Shown here in pieces: positions 1 to 13,508 of a DNA stretch of 64,000 nucleotides; the first letter of the stretch is position 1; the number at the start of each line of letters is the position of its first letter. The stretch is taken from the NCBI GenBank assembly GCA_013115125.1, contig JABANN010000006.1, forward strand, positions 62,001 to 126,000, read 5' to 3'. The notes under the pieces are model-generated. The model searched no databases and was not told the origin of the DNA. It worked only from the letters and a program-made list of their open reading frames with translations. Source of the DNA: Perkinsus olseni. Taxonomy: Eukaryota. The position numbers and the translations under genes are program-made.

Positions 1-302
1 TTCCGATATTCGAAGTGACAGACCCAAGGAGGCATTCGAGGGGGCGAACACTTGAACCAGAACATATGCTCAGCAGCTTCTCCGACCGAAAGATTGCGGT
101 GGGTGAATGTATACCAGAAAGGTTCTGGGATCTTTGGGGAAAGCCTCCGGGGGAGGCCTTCTTCTTCAAATTCGGGTCCAGCGCCTGGCCTGGTGAATAC
201 GCTCTCTTCCTCAAGTTCAATGAGGAGGCCTTCATACTGTTCAATGAAACGGATAGAGTTCGCAGAAGAGCCTCTGCCAATCTCGCCTCGACAAGCGGGT
301 AA
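1..302 (+). CDS. 3' end of a hypothetical protein (gene probably starts before the window)
   Basis: Open frame ending at TAA 300-302 with protein-like composition (…FFFKFGSSAWPGEYALFLKFNEEAFILF…); no family recognised. Confidence 0.35.
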   Translation, partial: PIFEVTDPRRHSRGRTLEPEHMLSSFSDRKIAVGECIPERFWDLWGKPPGEAFFFKFGSSAWPGEYALFLKFNEEAFILFNETDRVRRRASANLASTSG

Positions 303-859
303 CCAGGTCAATGAGTATTCTCATTTCTTCGAACGAGCTAGTGCTAGTCCACTCACATGTCTCCCTATAAAATTTGTGTGGAGCCAGTCTCCCACTTATG
401 CCCTGCTGTCCAAATGCTGGTATCGTTAAAATTACATGAACATGAATGGACCTGTTGTCCTTGCTTCAGGGGTGCAGCATCCGGAGACCTCAATATGGGA
501 AGATTATAACAAACCCCCGCCAAGGTACCGCGATGGTCCTGACAGTGAGAGACCCCCGTCCTCAATTCCTTCTCCTTAGTTACGAGGAGCTTTTCGATAA
601 GGAACGCCACTAATACCACACCACCGTGATCTCTCGAGACGGGAGTCCAACATCGTAACGAACAGAGAATGCATTTTAACCCTCGCTATTCTGTTGTTGT
701 TATTGCTGTTATTGGTGTAGTAGCGGCATCTAGTTGTTGCGTTGCCCACAGTCACAGGTGCAATAAAGGGCTGATCTTGGAAGGATTTTGTCCGGTGTCC
801 TGAGAGGCCCGGGGTGACAGTATCAGAATGGTAATAGCGTGTTCTGCATCTCTTGTCAT

Positions 860-2697
860 TTAGCGTGTCAAGGTGCCCCAAGGTTCCAAGCTCTCTGTAT
901 GCTGGCAAGCGATACATGAAGCATTCTCATTAACGTTGTAGATCGGCATAGGATGGCGAGGATACTCATGAGGGCATACTGGTGTGTCGTACCAACAAGG
1001 GAAGATCGCGGGCTGAGGTTCCAGTGGACTCAAACCGTCCAGCCGTTCGTGGCACAGCCGGCGGCTACAATCACCAGAACGACAGTGATGCCTGCTACAG
1101 GGCCGGCTGCGGAGGTATCTACAGAGGCTCCTTCCACGACCTAGGGTGAGGGAGCCTCAGGCTCCAAGGGGATGAGTCCCACGTCCCTCTCCAACCGACA
1201 ATACGACAACTTAGAGAGGTTCGTGTGCTCGTGCGGAGCGACTGTTAGCCTGACCCATTGAGCTGATACAGGGCAGGCGCTGGTCGCATTTCGAATATCT
1301 ACTGGCTACTATAGAATGATTCGAAACGCAGTGATGCGATGGAGGACGTCAATTCTACTGTCGAAGCTCCCCTTCACAAGGCACCCTGGTGGCTCTAGAT
1401 TCCATACAAACTGCCATCACGCCTCTTGAGTTCGGTGGTTATGACTGCGTGCGCACACAACCCATGTCCCCTAGCGCTCGAGACAACTGATATTCCTATT
1501 GTATTGATCAAGTTACGATGCTCATCAGAAACACTACTATTCTGTTCTAGGAATAACCATACTCGACAGACAACGGCTGCCGCTAGTTGGCTCTCACCTT
1601 CTCAACACGAATGGGGATGTCCATCGAGCATGGCCCTCGCCGTCGTCGACACTCCACTCGCATACGTCCCCTCGAACCTGACCGCTATTGTTAGTCGAAG
1701 AGACGCTGCAGTAGCCATCAAAGCTCACCACTATCTCCCACGTCTCACTCATAAGGACAACGTCTTCTTCAGTGTAGTGAGGCTGCTGTTGCTGGCCTGC
1801 AGCCCTTGTGAGCAGCCCCGTCTTGGGAGGCCGCGAGAGGACCGCGTCGCCGCCTACCTGCGGCGCGCATAGTTTCCCGCTGTGCGGGGCGTGCGTCTCT
1901 TACATAATATCGTTCACTCAGACCGGACCCTCCACGGAATGTTCGCTCGACCCAAAGCCAACACGTCGATCCTGGCCAACTCTCCAGTGGCCCAGCCTGA
2001 AGTTTGCGTCGTGGCAAGCAAGGTGCTTCGTTCCAGCCTCACCCAACCCTCAGGACAGGAAAGTTCTCCTGAGCTCCTCTTGTCCGCTGTGACTGGAGTG
2101 CAAACATTAGAGTCCGAGCTATCGTCACCTGAGAGTTCCGTGAATGCACGAACTCAATGTCAAACCGCAGTAACAGTCACCATGTCTTAGTGAACTCTGA
2201 TGTAGCGGGGTTTCGGGGCCCGGCAGAGGGCCAGCCTCCCCGGAACAATGAACCGCGATTCCACAAACGAGGCTGATGGCTACGTCCGGATCTGAGCCAT
2301 TGGAAATACAATACCACACTTCGGCCACATCATTGCAGTGCACCCACCTTCGACCAAGGCGGCCTCGTAAGCTGCCTTCGGGACTTTGCATTCGACTTTG
2401 AAGCGAAGGTAATAATGTTCGAGCTCCTGAGAGGCAGCATAACGTTCTGATCAATGACAGGTAGCGTACAAGGTCGAGAATCCTGTAGGGAGTGGTATCG
2501 CCTTGCAGAGTCACCGTAGAAGGTCCAAAAACGCAGATGTCATCCCGCGGGTCGTAATGTGTGTATGCAGCTGGGAGCTCCTCCCTTCGGACGGCGTGGC
2601 GGCGGTAGGCTGTTTTGGTGGTCGTCGACTGAGCTGTTCGGTGGGAGGAACACCCTCCGTAGAGACAGCTACATCGAGGGGATGTGAGGTCGATCAT
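860..2697 (-). CDS. multi-exon hypothetical protein with a Cys/His-rich segment; boundaries approximate
   Basis: Several short open segments flanked by GT/AG on the minus strand (e.g. GQQQQPHYTEEDVVLMSETWEIV|, VRGDVCEWSVDDGEGHARWTSPF, RSLCRYLRSRPCSRHHCRSGDCSRRLCHE). No family recognised. Confidence 0.35.
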
Positions 2698-2861
2698 AGT
2701 GGATGGAAACGGCCATCAAGTGATTGGACAAACTACGTTCGAAATCCGCCGCGAGGGCATGTCCCTCGGGTACCCCAGATTATTACAACCCAGGTTCACG
2801 AGCATCTTCTGGTAAGGGTAAGGTCAAATATATACATAATGGTCACTGTTAAACATCATCA

Positions 2862-5800
2862 TCATCCACAAGCGGGGACCGCCCGCCCTGCCGATAGATT
2901 CTTGCGGACCTCGTTCCACACATCCGCCACGATTCCGCCGAGGAGCTCGTCATTATCACCATCTCGTTGCCTCAGCTCTACGACGAAGTTGGGTATCGAC
3001 TTCAAGACGACTTTTAACAAAGTGTGTTGTTTGAGCATCAGGTCTGCCACCAGCTGGACCGCCCCTTCACGCAAGTCCATGTAGTCTTCCCTCAAGCCTT
3101 GCCTCCTCTCCTTGCACACGGCCTCCACATCAGTCAGGGTCGGCGCTGCTCGGATCGCTCTCTTCGTTTCGGCATCTCCGAACAATAGCGCCACTGTTAG
3201 ATGCCTTCCAGTCGGCCACAGGACGCCACTCCCGTCGGGATACTCTACAGGCAAATTGGACTCCATGCTCAACTCCCAGAGCCACTCCTCAGTGTTTCTC
3301 CCGAGGAACACCCGCTGACTGACGAAGCTTGACCGTTTGGGTGCAGCCGAGATCGACGGAAACCTCTCGAAGGTGCACTCGGCACACCAGCTCCATCTCC
3401 TCATCTGCTCCTGCACGACTCTGGACAGCCGCCTACCGGTCATGTCGATGCCGCTTGACCCGCACTTCGAGCACTTCCGGGTTGCTGCAGCAGTCCTCGA
3501 GCTTACGCTACTGATGCCTTCGCTATCCGAGTCCGCGCGTGATGGGCAGACCGAAGGCTCCGCCAGGGCGTGTTCTTTCTTGGGCTCACAACGAGATGGA
3601 GTAGGCAGTACGCTGAGACTGCGCGGTATGGGAGGTTCTTCACATTCCAACACTCGCGGCTCTACGGGTTGCGCTTTCTCGAACGGATCTCGCCGTAATG
3701 GCCGCGATGAGCTAGACTCGGGTAGGCAGTACGTGGGCACGCTACGCTCCGCTGCCGGCTTCGGATCGATGGTCGTTTTCCCCTTCGCCTCCGCACGCGC
3801 TCCAGTTTCGCTTTTTGAAAGTATACCGGCCATCGTCCTTGACAGATGGAAGCGCTTGCGCGCTGCCCGAGCCAAATCCGCCAGCACTCTGTCGTCTATC
3901 GGATACGACCTCTCCGGCCTTTGTAAGGCTGCCTTGGCTCGAAGGGCCTCCTGCAGTAGGTCGCTATGGAACTGCCCTAAAGGTGATCTCAAATCAGCGA
4001 CAGTCTTCTGGTCAATCTCACAATACACTCCTTGTGGGTCGTGGTTAGTGCGCGGGGGCGATGGGCTGAGCGTCAGGGGCTGGGCCTCTTTCTCAACTTC
4101 GCCCTCAGGTGAGTCCTCCAAAACACTCGTCCCCAGCCGGGACATCTCCGGTGCTTCCCAAACCGTTGCCAAAATGCTTCGCTCCGCTGGTTGCTTCTGA
4201 CAGTGGCGCTGGAACATAGTCTTGCACTCCTCCATGATGGTCTCCAACCTTGTCGGCAGCTTCGCTTCCCCAGACGGTGGTAGCTTTGGCCGATCGCCAC
4301 GATGGACTAAGGCGTGGACTCGGCGTGCCGCGGCAAGATCCGCAGGCTTCTGCTGGCTCGCTGGGGATATATAGGTGTTCGCTTGAGCCTTTCCAGGACC
4401 AGGGACGGCGGTGCCTCCTATTCTAACGAGAGCGGTCGAACCTACAACAGCACGACGACTAGAGACCATCAATGCCAAGCTCAGGCAGGCAGACCGAGAG
4501 ACCATACAGCCGATCCTACTGGGCAAAGGAGGACTGTTCCTGCGCCCCTTAGCATGATGCCCTGCTCGGTTAGATGACGTCACTCGCTCTATCGGTGTTG
4601 GTTCTTGTGGGGTTCCCTCAATAGACCCCACCCGCGGCTCAGCAGGTACGGACACTCTCGGTGGCAGCCCGTATGCATGCGCAAGGATCTGAAGACAGTA
4701 GCCATTCGACTCGACGGACGCTAAAGAGGAGGCGCAGTGATACTCACCTCTCGAGACATCTCGGCTACCGTCGCCTTGGGCAGGTCCGAGCCGTCCATAG
4801 CCTCGGCAAGGGCGTCCATGCGGAATCCCGATTGGACCTCGGCCAGCCATCCCCTCGGCAGCGGGGTGTCCTCTAAGCCCAGCAAGTCGATACTCTGATT
4901 CCTCACAGCTGCAGCCTCCCTTCTACTCTCCATACCCGCCACTCCCCCTACTCCCTCGCCGATGGGTGTCCGGAGGTCCACGGCGCCGCCGCCACTACTA
5001 TTGCTAGATAGAGAGAAAACTTCAGAGTCGGAGTACCCCTGCAGAACATCATCCGACTCACTTCCTCGGAGAATGCTACCGTCAGGGGACGCTCGTGCTG
5101 CAGTTATTTTCTGCACACCAGTCCGATGCCCAGCGGCTCCGTTGCTGACGATCTCGCCATTTTCGGGCCCAGCTTGCGCCCCGTCCTCGGCAGGTTTGCT
5201 GTTGGGTTCTCCTTCCCCCTCGCGAGGTGCCCACCACCCCATGAGGCCCCCCAAGATCCCCTCGCCCTTCTCCCCGTTCCCATCTGCGTTCCTCGTCTCC
5301 TCATAGGGCTCCTTCACGTCCATCGATGGAGCCGGCAACACTTCCATGCTTGCAAGGAAGTCATCTCGGACCGGACTGACCACAGGCGCCACCCCACCGT
5401 CATGTCCACTACGGCCTCGGTTCGAAGGCGAGCCTAGTGAGCTCAACGCCTTCCCAGCCCCGATGTCGAGGCCGTGATGGGAGCTTGACTGTTCGGCCAC
5501 TGACGGTGCTTCCTCCAACTCGATGTTCGCACTCTCTCCACCAGGCTCTCCCATCTCGCCTGCCGCAGGAGCCTCTGCTGCGGGCGCCTGCCAGACCCAG
5601 CCGGTGGCCGACTGCCAATTCCTGGCCAATAGGTCCGTGAATCCCCCAGACTGCTGAGTAGCCGCCGCTGGCGATGGAGGTCGGTCGACGTCGATCAGGT
5701 CGTTGGGCTCCGGTCTTGTCATCGGAGGGCCACTTCTGTTACTTGACAACCTCTTCGCATATTCGACAACGGTCTCGTCCTTCTCACCGAAGGCTCCGAT

Positions 5801-6259
5801 GCTGGCGGAGTCGTCCAGCTCAATCACTTCGGGGTCGTCCACAGAGGAGGCTGAGGAGCCAACTCTCTCCAAGTAGATCACAGAGCCCTGCAAAGGGCGT
5901 GGCACGGTAGGTGGTCTCCCCTTAGTATGCTGAGGAGAGGCGGGAGGCGTAACATCGAGAAGCGACGGCTCAATCACAGGCGAGGCTTCCGGTGGACGAC
6001 TAGGAGGGTTCGCCTCCGACAGGCGCCGATCAAGGTCCTCCCACAGTTCAACAACACCAGGAGACGCAGACCGTCTCCGACGAGTAGAATTAGAACGCGC
6101 TCTATTGGTGCCATTTCGGGACCTCCGAGCCGCCAGGCGCTGGCGTCGGGACGAGGACCGTGAGGCTGGGTCGTAACGGCGACCAGGAGTGTAGCTTGAG
6201 GAGCCGAAGCCTCCTAGGATGCCCAGGGCGTTCATGACATCGACATGTCGATCAGCCAA
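2862..6259 (-). CDS. large low-complexity protein with C-terminal CxxC-CxxC Zn ribbon and degenerate NADAR/YbiA-like domain
   Basis: ORFs 4721..6259 and 2862..4850 join in frame via a 59-nt GT-AG intron (4747-4689; SRE|ILAH). The C-terminus (WPTGRHLTVALLF…IRAAPT…LREDYMDLREGAVQLVADLMLKQHTLLKVVL…VE…LGGIVADVWNEVRKNL) follows the NADAR motif order. Confidence 0.7.
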
Positions 6260-6422
6260 CTACTCAAGGGCCGTCAGGGAGGCTGTACAATTGACAAGAC
6301 AACCGATCATTGCTAAGAAACCTGACGTAGCATTAGGGAAGATGGTAAGGTTGAGCAAGAGTGCAAGAAACATATACGTAGTAGCCTGCTGCCCTGAACA
6401 ACAGGCGGTGTTATTGACGTTA

Positions 6423-9400
6423 TCAATCAGTGGACTTCTGCGCCATCTGGTTGCCGGCCATTCTCGGGTTCGCCTTCTTCTTGGCCTTGTTCTTGCTGTA
6501 GCTTCCGTGCTAAGGACAGGAGCCAATAACCCAACAGCCACTCCATCGCAGGCGCCTACCAGCTTAGTATCCATCCTAGCGTTCTCGGTGCGCATGACCT
6601 TGTAGTTGTTAGTGCTCTCATCAAGAGCTGCCCGGATACGCTTCTTATCATGCTGTATGGCGGCCTCCTTAGCGTACAGGTCATTCGCCCGTACCTGCCA
6701 TTACACCCTCCTCGCAGAGACGACGGACAGAGACGCCGCCTACATGCCGCAAGAAGCTAGCATCCTTCGCCAGCTGCCTTTTGGCTCCTCGCCGCTCCTG
6801 TTTGTACTGCCTCTTCATCTTCTGTGTCTCGTGGAGGAGGGGGTCCTTACCTAAGTACAGCCACACCCGTGCTGTCGATGTATCCTTTCGAGTAGGCCAC
6901 TACCCTTAATGTGGCTCTGCGCTGAGTCTGGATCGTAGAATACAGGTTCCAAGCTGGGGACCGCGAGAGGGCGGAAGGCATGCAAGCGTAGCCTGGCATG
7001 AGGACCAAGCACCAGCCGCGACAAAGCTGGGCAGTATCTGGGAAGAGCGATGAGCGCCTCGTCCGAAACGAGCAGCCGGAGGTACTTCTGGACGACTATC
7101 TGAAGACCGCCCTTCTCCTCGGGGCGTGCCTGCATGCACACCCGTCTAGTCAACAGCTTCGCCGTCTCCTGCTCCGCCTGAGACAAAATCAGATCCAGCA
7201 AGAGTGCATGGCCGGGCGACACCACAGCGCGACTCCATGCTCATACCCAGTGCGCCTTCTAGTCTTGGGGCTCCGCTCAGATTCCCAGCAAGGTGACGAA
7301 CCTCTTGCCCACCTACCTCAGTGCCGCAGCGCATGAGGCGTCCAGCCAGTTGAAAGAAGGCCGGGCTATAGCGCTTAGCCGGTTGAAGGAACTCGTAACT
7401 GTCGGGCAGCAGTCAACGCCCGGGTACCAATCCCCTTTCCCCCTTACAGTAGTGCCAACAGCCTAACATCCTGCGTACAGCAGGCCCACTGCTCCAATAG
7501 CATCACTGCCGGCTGAACTATTCTGTGCCTGCATGAAGAAGTCCTGCACCACCACCATCAATACCGATAGCTGCCACGTACCGTATATCAGTCGTCTGGA
7601 ATATAGTGGCGACTATGTGCAGCATGTTGATAGCCTTCGTGTCGGGCCGTCGGGAGTTGGCGTAGGCTCCTATCAGGTTCATAGCGAAGTAACTACACAG
7701 ACACTCAGTGGAAGGGCCGGTGGACAGTATCGCCCTCCGTACTCTGTGGCACAGTCGGGCATGAGCCTCGCAAGGTCCAGCAACGGTGCTCGGATGAGAG
7801 GCAGCATCCTTAGGTCGTGGTCGGCAAGATAGGAGAAGAGGGAGCTTAGTAATACCTAGCAGCCAGCTTGCTACTACAAGTAGCAGCCATGAGGGGCTTC
7901 CATCACTACTACCCGTAGCTGACGAGGCTTTGAGCGCTCATCTGGGGTGTTGTGGCAGGCGATGAGACGATAGACCAGCTTAGCCCGACCTGAGTACGAC
8001 ATCCTACGAGACAGGCATGACGGGAGGGCTGATGTACTAACCTAGGGGCTCGAACTTCTCGAGGAGCTCCTTCATAGCATCACCATCCTGCGGGCAGGCG
8101 ACGGAGAAGGGCAGGCCAGCCTTATCCTCTGCTGGGCTGTTAGTAAAGGCATCGAAGCCCACGGGGAGCTCAGTAGGGTACTGGACGCCAGCAGCAGCAG
8201 CAGCCTCTTCGGTGACTAAAAGAATACGATATAAGCTGCGCTGGAAGATTCGACAGCGTACCGCTGCGGTAACGCGAGAGACAAGTCCAAGTCGAGATCA
8301 CCCGGTAGTACCTCCCTCGTCCTCCTCTTCAGGAGTAGTGTACTCGTCCACAGCCTCGGCATCCTCATCATCAATATCGGAGTCACTCTCGTCCACGGCT
8401 AGCATAGCCAGCCGCTCATCATCGTCAGCCGCAACAGCATCACCGTCAGCCTTCCCTGCGCCGCCCAGCTGCTACAACCAGCACAGTCCGCCACTCAACG
8501 CCCCATATGCTACTACTACTTCCTCTTCCTCCTCGTCGCTAGACCCAGCTTCCTCATCCTCTTCTGGAGCCTCTTCAGGAACCTGAGGTTTGACAGCAAC
8601 TCCGAGCGGCACCCTACGGGAACCGTGTGAGCCTCACCTGAGCCATCTCTTCCTCTTCTTCAGGCTCCTCCATCTCTTCCTCATGAGCATCTTCCTCGTC
8701 TTCCATCACATCCTCTTCCAAATCTTGCTCCTCTTGCGATTCCTCAACGCTAGGCTCATCGTTCAGCATCCGGTTCTTTCTTTGCTCCTCCAGCTTCTCC
8801 AGACGCTTAGCGTTCTCCAACGCCACCTCCTCTGAGCTCATGAGCCTGCTCATGGACAGAAATGCTGGCCACCAAAAATAACAACACGACGAGATGAGGA
8901 CCAAGCAACTCAGAGACTACGCAGGGATACCGCAGGTCGGTACGACAACAGAAAGGACTTCGCGCCTCATTCTGGATTCCCCTGCGCGAAGGCGATGGCA
9001 AAACGCCATGAGCCGAGCAGATCAGAGAACGTTCGAACGCTCATTTTCGAGGAGTTAGCATTAAAAAGCGTTGACATAAGTTCGGAACGCCGCCTACTAG
9101 GCAGGTCATCGACACGAATCCGAGAAGTAGGAGGGCACTTATGCCCAGCAGGCCGGATCCCTAATACGACGAGCCCAAGCGCACCTATCAGCAGCCTTAG
9201 CCGCATGGCCACCCTCCATCATCAACTGCCTGCTTATCATATCAAACTCGTCCGGCCCCTCAGCCGATAGAGCGTTGGCAGCCTTGATACCCTACCACAG
9301 TGCAACACCGGTAAGAGCCGACAGACATCATAGATAGGTCGGACTACCTCAATACTGTACTTGCTCGGTCTGAACTTCAATGAGGGCAGAATGCCCTTGT

Positions 9401-10580
9401 AGCTGGCATCCAGTGCATTGAGTTCCTCTTCCTGAAACCATTACCACTAGCAGCCCAGTGAGCAGGGTGAAGCCTACATGCTTCATCTTCTCCCTCTGTC
9501 TATCCGCCTTGTACGCCTTAGCCTTGGCCATGATCTCCTGGTACAGGTCCTGCTTGTTAGCATGCTTGTTGTTGCCGTGCTCACTGGTCTTCATCAGCTA
9601 ACAGAGCCAGCAGCTACTCCCACGTCCATCCTCCCCATCCTACCTCAGCCTCTATCTCCTTCTTCAGCTCCTCATCGTCATCAGAGTCACTAAGAGGGTC
9701 CCCTCGCAGCTCGTCGGCGGTCATGGTCTTCACCGGCTTCCCTCCATGAGTCAGCAGGTGGCCCTATCGAAGCACGCTAACTCGGCGGAGCGAGCCTTAG
9801 TCGATGAACTCCTACCTCAGCCTCCTCGGTCGGGCCCTCCTCCTCCTCTTCCAACCCAAATACAGCGTTGCGTTTCTTCCTCTTCTCCTGCTGGCGCATA
9901 CGCTCCTTCCGGAAGCGGGCAGAAGCAAGCTCATCCGCCGACATTCCCCGAGCCTTGGCGTCCAAACGCCTGAAATACACCACCAACCGTCACAGTCCGC
10001 CCCGACACACGAGTTGCACTACTTATCCTTGAAGGACCCGGTCTTGCCCAGAGCTCTGAACTCCTTCAATAATGAGTCGTTTCGGGAGGTCTTCGCATAA
10101 GATTTGCTCTCCGACATGTTACGACGGGACCCATGCTGTTGTGCCTACAGCCATCAGCAGCAGCTAACGGTATAAAAACAATGGTGGATCATAAAGCTGA
10201 TGAACTCTGCGGGCTGCCTCGCCCTCGACCCGGAAGCTTGAATAACTGGTCAGCTACAAAACCATTACAACGCGAAGTCACACTGAGCACTTGAGGTGCC
10301 ACCGAAGCATGACCCCACCCCTTGTGGAGATAACTTCGCTCCGGCCAGCTCCTTTCAACCCCTCACAAGCCGCCATACTCAGTATACGAGCCCCAGTAGG
10401 AACGAGCAATCGATTATCGGCAATGCCCCCACGCCCCACTCCTTCAAGTACTACCATCCCCAGCACAGGCTTCCGAGCGGTCTTATTAGCCCGCATATCG
10501 AACTGATTGAATCCCGCTCCATCGGAGGGTCGCTGTCGGTCCCGGCTGGACAGCTCATTCGCTGTCTTCTTAGTCGGCAT
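6423..10580 (-). CDS. NOP14: nucleolar protein 14 (SSU processome), multi-exon
   Basis: N-terminal NQFDMRANK…KPVLG, LLKEFRALGKTGSFKDKRL, ARFRKER, LTHGG and EIMAKAKAYKADRQREK; acidic middle; C-terminal RPLAVPSLEPVF…KMKRQYKQERRGAKRQLAKDASFL. All match Nop14 motifs. ATG at 10580, stop at 6423. Confidence 0.88.
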
Positions 10581-10768
10581 CGGCTTCAAGCAGCACCAAC
10601 TACACAGTGAAATCAGCCAATAACCCAGCATAGTATTCGAACCCAACTCCCCAAGCAGAGTCTCCAGTAGAAACCTTCTAGTAGTAATGTGACGGTAAGC
10701 TAACTGTGTATTGAGTAATGACGTATCCGCGCCCATAGCGGTCCTCCTCCTGCTGCTGCGGCCAGGCG

Positions 10769-11540
10769 CTAGTCGGAGTCGCTGCCAGCATCGACATCCA
10801 TCCTTTGGACCTTCTCCGCCTCGGTCGGAAGAGCTCCCTCCTTGCGTCTGAGCTCCTCGCGGCGCTTCATCTGGTCCAGCTTGGTGATCGGCTTCTTCAG
10901 CAACTCGCCTAACCACCACGAGTATGAGTCGGATAGTGTCCGTAATTGCCCGTAGTTTACCCTGCTTGGCGATCTCCTTCTCGGCGAGATGGATGCGGAC
11001 CTTCCTCTGAGCAGCCAGCCTGTTCTTCTGGAACCTCTCCTTGCGTACCTAGTGCCAGCTTCAACCTAAGATGCCCCACTCTTCCCTTCCTACCGTTCTG
11101 ATACGATCGACGATCTTCATCGCCCGCACCGTCTTCACCCACAAGTCGCGATCGTATTTGACCTGAACAAGCAATACCATCCATCCCACAACTCACACCA
11201 AGATACCCCTACCGGAGTGTTCCTCTTCTTCTCGAAGTCGAAAGTAGAGTCAGTGGTCATCTCCTTACCATGAGCAGCCCTAAGGAAACCAACCCTGCTG
11301 ACAAGCAAAGGCCCAGCCACCTCACCTGTATGCCTTGGTCCAAGCAGCCTTACGAGGGTTGTGCTTCCGCTTGAAGTGGCGATGGCACTTCGATCGGCAG
11401 AAACGGAAGATCTGGGGAAAAAGTGGTACTGCCATTGACCTGTTGCCCTACACTAGTACCTTGCCGTCATTCCGTACGAACATAACACCATGGCCGGGAT
11501 AGACGTTACTACTGCAGTACCAACACTTCTCGATACGCAT
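10769..11540 (-). CDS. RLP24: ribosome biogenesis protein RLP24 (L24e-like), multi-exon
   Basis: [55 protein letters not shown]…[23 protein letters not shown]…KYDRDLW, the RLP24/RSL24D1 signature. Confidence 0.95.
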
Positions 11541-12011
11541 GCTACTGAAATTTACACTGAGTAGCCAACTGAGAGAAGCATCGACAGCGACAGTCGACGA
11601 GAATGGTAATTCGGAAATCCCTTGTGCGGCACGGTAGTAGTGGGCAGCGCCGCTGAGAGAGAACAGTATGTTTCGAGCGACTGGGATTGGGTGTAGGGTG
11701 ACGACTATTAGTCGATCAAGGGTTGGATATTCGTTGTAGACGGACAACTTGAGAGAGCTCGGGCGAGCGCGAGTGACACGAGCGGAGCGAAGCGTGTTGT
11801 GCCTTGCATTTTTGTGGAAAAATATTTTTACCGGCAAAAATCACTTGTGCAGATTGTCAATGACAATCTGTCAAATTATCCATAGCTGCCCGGCACCCTA
11901 GTGGCATCCATCAATCAGCGGAGTCGTGGCTCAACTCGATCGTCCGGCGAAATGAATAACGGTTGAAGTAGTGATCGAGAGCAGTGATTCCGGAAAAGTT
12001 CACTCAGTAGT
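11541..12011. promoter_or_regulatory. divergent (head-to-head) intergenic region between RLP24 and the E2 gene
   Basis: A 471-bp gap between oppositely oriented ATGs, with an AT-rich core at ~11805-11880. Promoter function is inferred from the geometry only. Confidence 0.45.
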
Positions 12012-12674
12012 ATGTCCACAGTCGCCCGTCGAAGGCTGATTCGGGACTTGAAGAAGCTCCAGCAGGACCCGCCCAGTGGCGTCAGTGCAGCTCCGGCCAC
12101 GGATGACATCATGAAGTGGACGGCGGTGATGTTCGGGCCGGAAGATACGCCTTGGGAGGGAGGTAGAGCGGGGACCGGTCAAAGAATCGACTCAGGATGC
12201 AAGCGCTGCTGTAAGGTACTTTCCAGTTGGAAGTGACCTTCAGTGAGGAGTTCCCGACCAAGCCTCCTCGAGTGAGGTTCCTCAACCTAATGTTTCACCC
12301 GAACATTTACACTAATGGAGAGATATGTCTCGATATACTGCAGAATCAAGTAAGAATCTTCGACCTCTGTAAGATGCGCGGGTCGACCTTGGATTCCCTG
12401 CTTATCATTAGTGGTCCCCTATCTACGACATAGCAGCTATTTTAACGTCAATCCAGTCGTTACTCTGCGACCCCAATCCCAATAGCCCGGCAAACAGTGA
12501 GGCCGCTAGACTCTGGAGTGAAAATCGGAGAGAGTACTACCACTAAGATTCTACTACAAAGGCACGGCTAGCCTGCACAGGTATAATTTGAAGGTGGTGC
12601 AGTGTGTGGAAGATTCCTGGGCTGTGGCCGATGAGCTCACCAAAGATATGACCGATATCGATGACGATGCATAG
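12012..12674 (+). CDS. UBC2: ubiquitin-conjugating enzyme E2, RAD6/UBC2 type (4 exons)
   Basis: [28 protein letters not shown]…[19 protein letters not shown]…[51 protein letters not shown]…, ending in a short acidic tail. First intron 12163-12215. Confidence 0.95.
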
Positions 12675-12810
12675 CCCAGTTGCAGTGAATCTGATGCATA
12701 ATAAGTGTATTATTAGTTTCCAGCCACGCTCGATGTCTCTATTAGTAGGCTGGTAGTCACTGGTGCAAGGGGAGCTATCAGTTCCTTCGCGGTTTCTCAT
12801 TCATTAGCAT

Positions 12811-13083
12811 ATGCCCTCCTTCTGGGCTGTCCGTAAATCATCATCCCCGGCGAGTCCTCAGCATCTCAGGGAGCGTCTTTGTGAGATGCCGAAGAACAGT
12901 CATATTTACTCGCCATCAAACCTGAGGCGCCTGGTAGCTTCACTTGGTCTTGCTAGCTCCCCACCGTCACCCCGTCAGGTTCGAGTTCCCATCGCGCCCG
13001 ACTATGACGAGGCTTGCGATGCTCTTGCTACCCACCCTGAGGAGCAGCCAGAGTACGTCGGCCGATCTGCGACGGGAATTTAG
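12811..13083 (+). CDS. small hypothetical protein
   Basis: 90-aa ATG-initiated ORF just downstream of UBC2; no recognisable motif. Confidence 0.2.
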   Translation: MPSFWAVRKSSSPASPQHLRERLCEMPKNSHIYSPSNLRRLVASLGLASSPPSPRQVRVPIAPDYDEACDALATHPEEQPEYVGRSATGI

Positions 13084-13508
13084 TAGTGATGGGCGTTGGT
13101 CAGGTTCGGTAATCGGAGGAAAGTGAGGACAGAGAAGGTCTGTTTTGGTACCCCAACTGGTCATAAGAACCTCCGCTTGGACTTTCTCCACAGCCATAAT
13201 GAAGACGGCTCTGACGGCTCCACGGTGACATCGAGTAAGCTAGTAGCCTTATGGCCGGTACGTGCTTGTGAGAAGCTCCCTCTCAGACTAAGAAGTCGGG
13301 CTTATCATCGATATGTGAGGATGTGTTCCTCGCCGCTGAGCGACCAAGTAAATTTTTAGTGATAATGTAAGTAAATTCGCGGCGTTCCGGTCCCGAATTT
13401 TCGCGAATTCTTTCGGCTATGTTCCGGGAAAATTGTAATTTTCAGGTTATCATTTCGCTACTCTTGTCGGCTCCGAAGATGTCTCGACTGGTGATGGCAG
13501 TCGCCAAA

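Noticed and set aside
3337-4200. Long antisense ORFs (also 26770..27372, 58378..58992, 63117..63830)
   Set aside because: They are shadows of real coding exons on the opposite strand in GC-rich DNA and show no motifs of their own.
13372-13390. U6 snRNA 3' end-like string (AAATTCGCGGCGTTCC)
   Set aside because: No ACAGAGA box or U6 internal stem-loop upstream.
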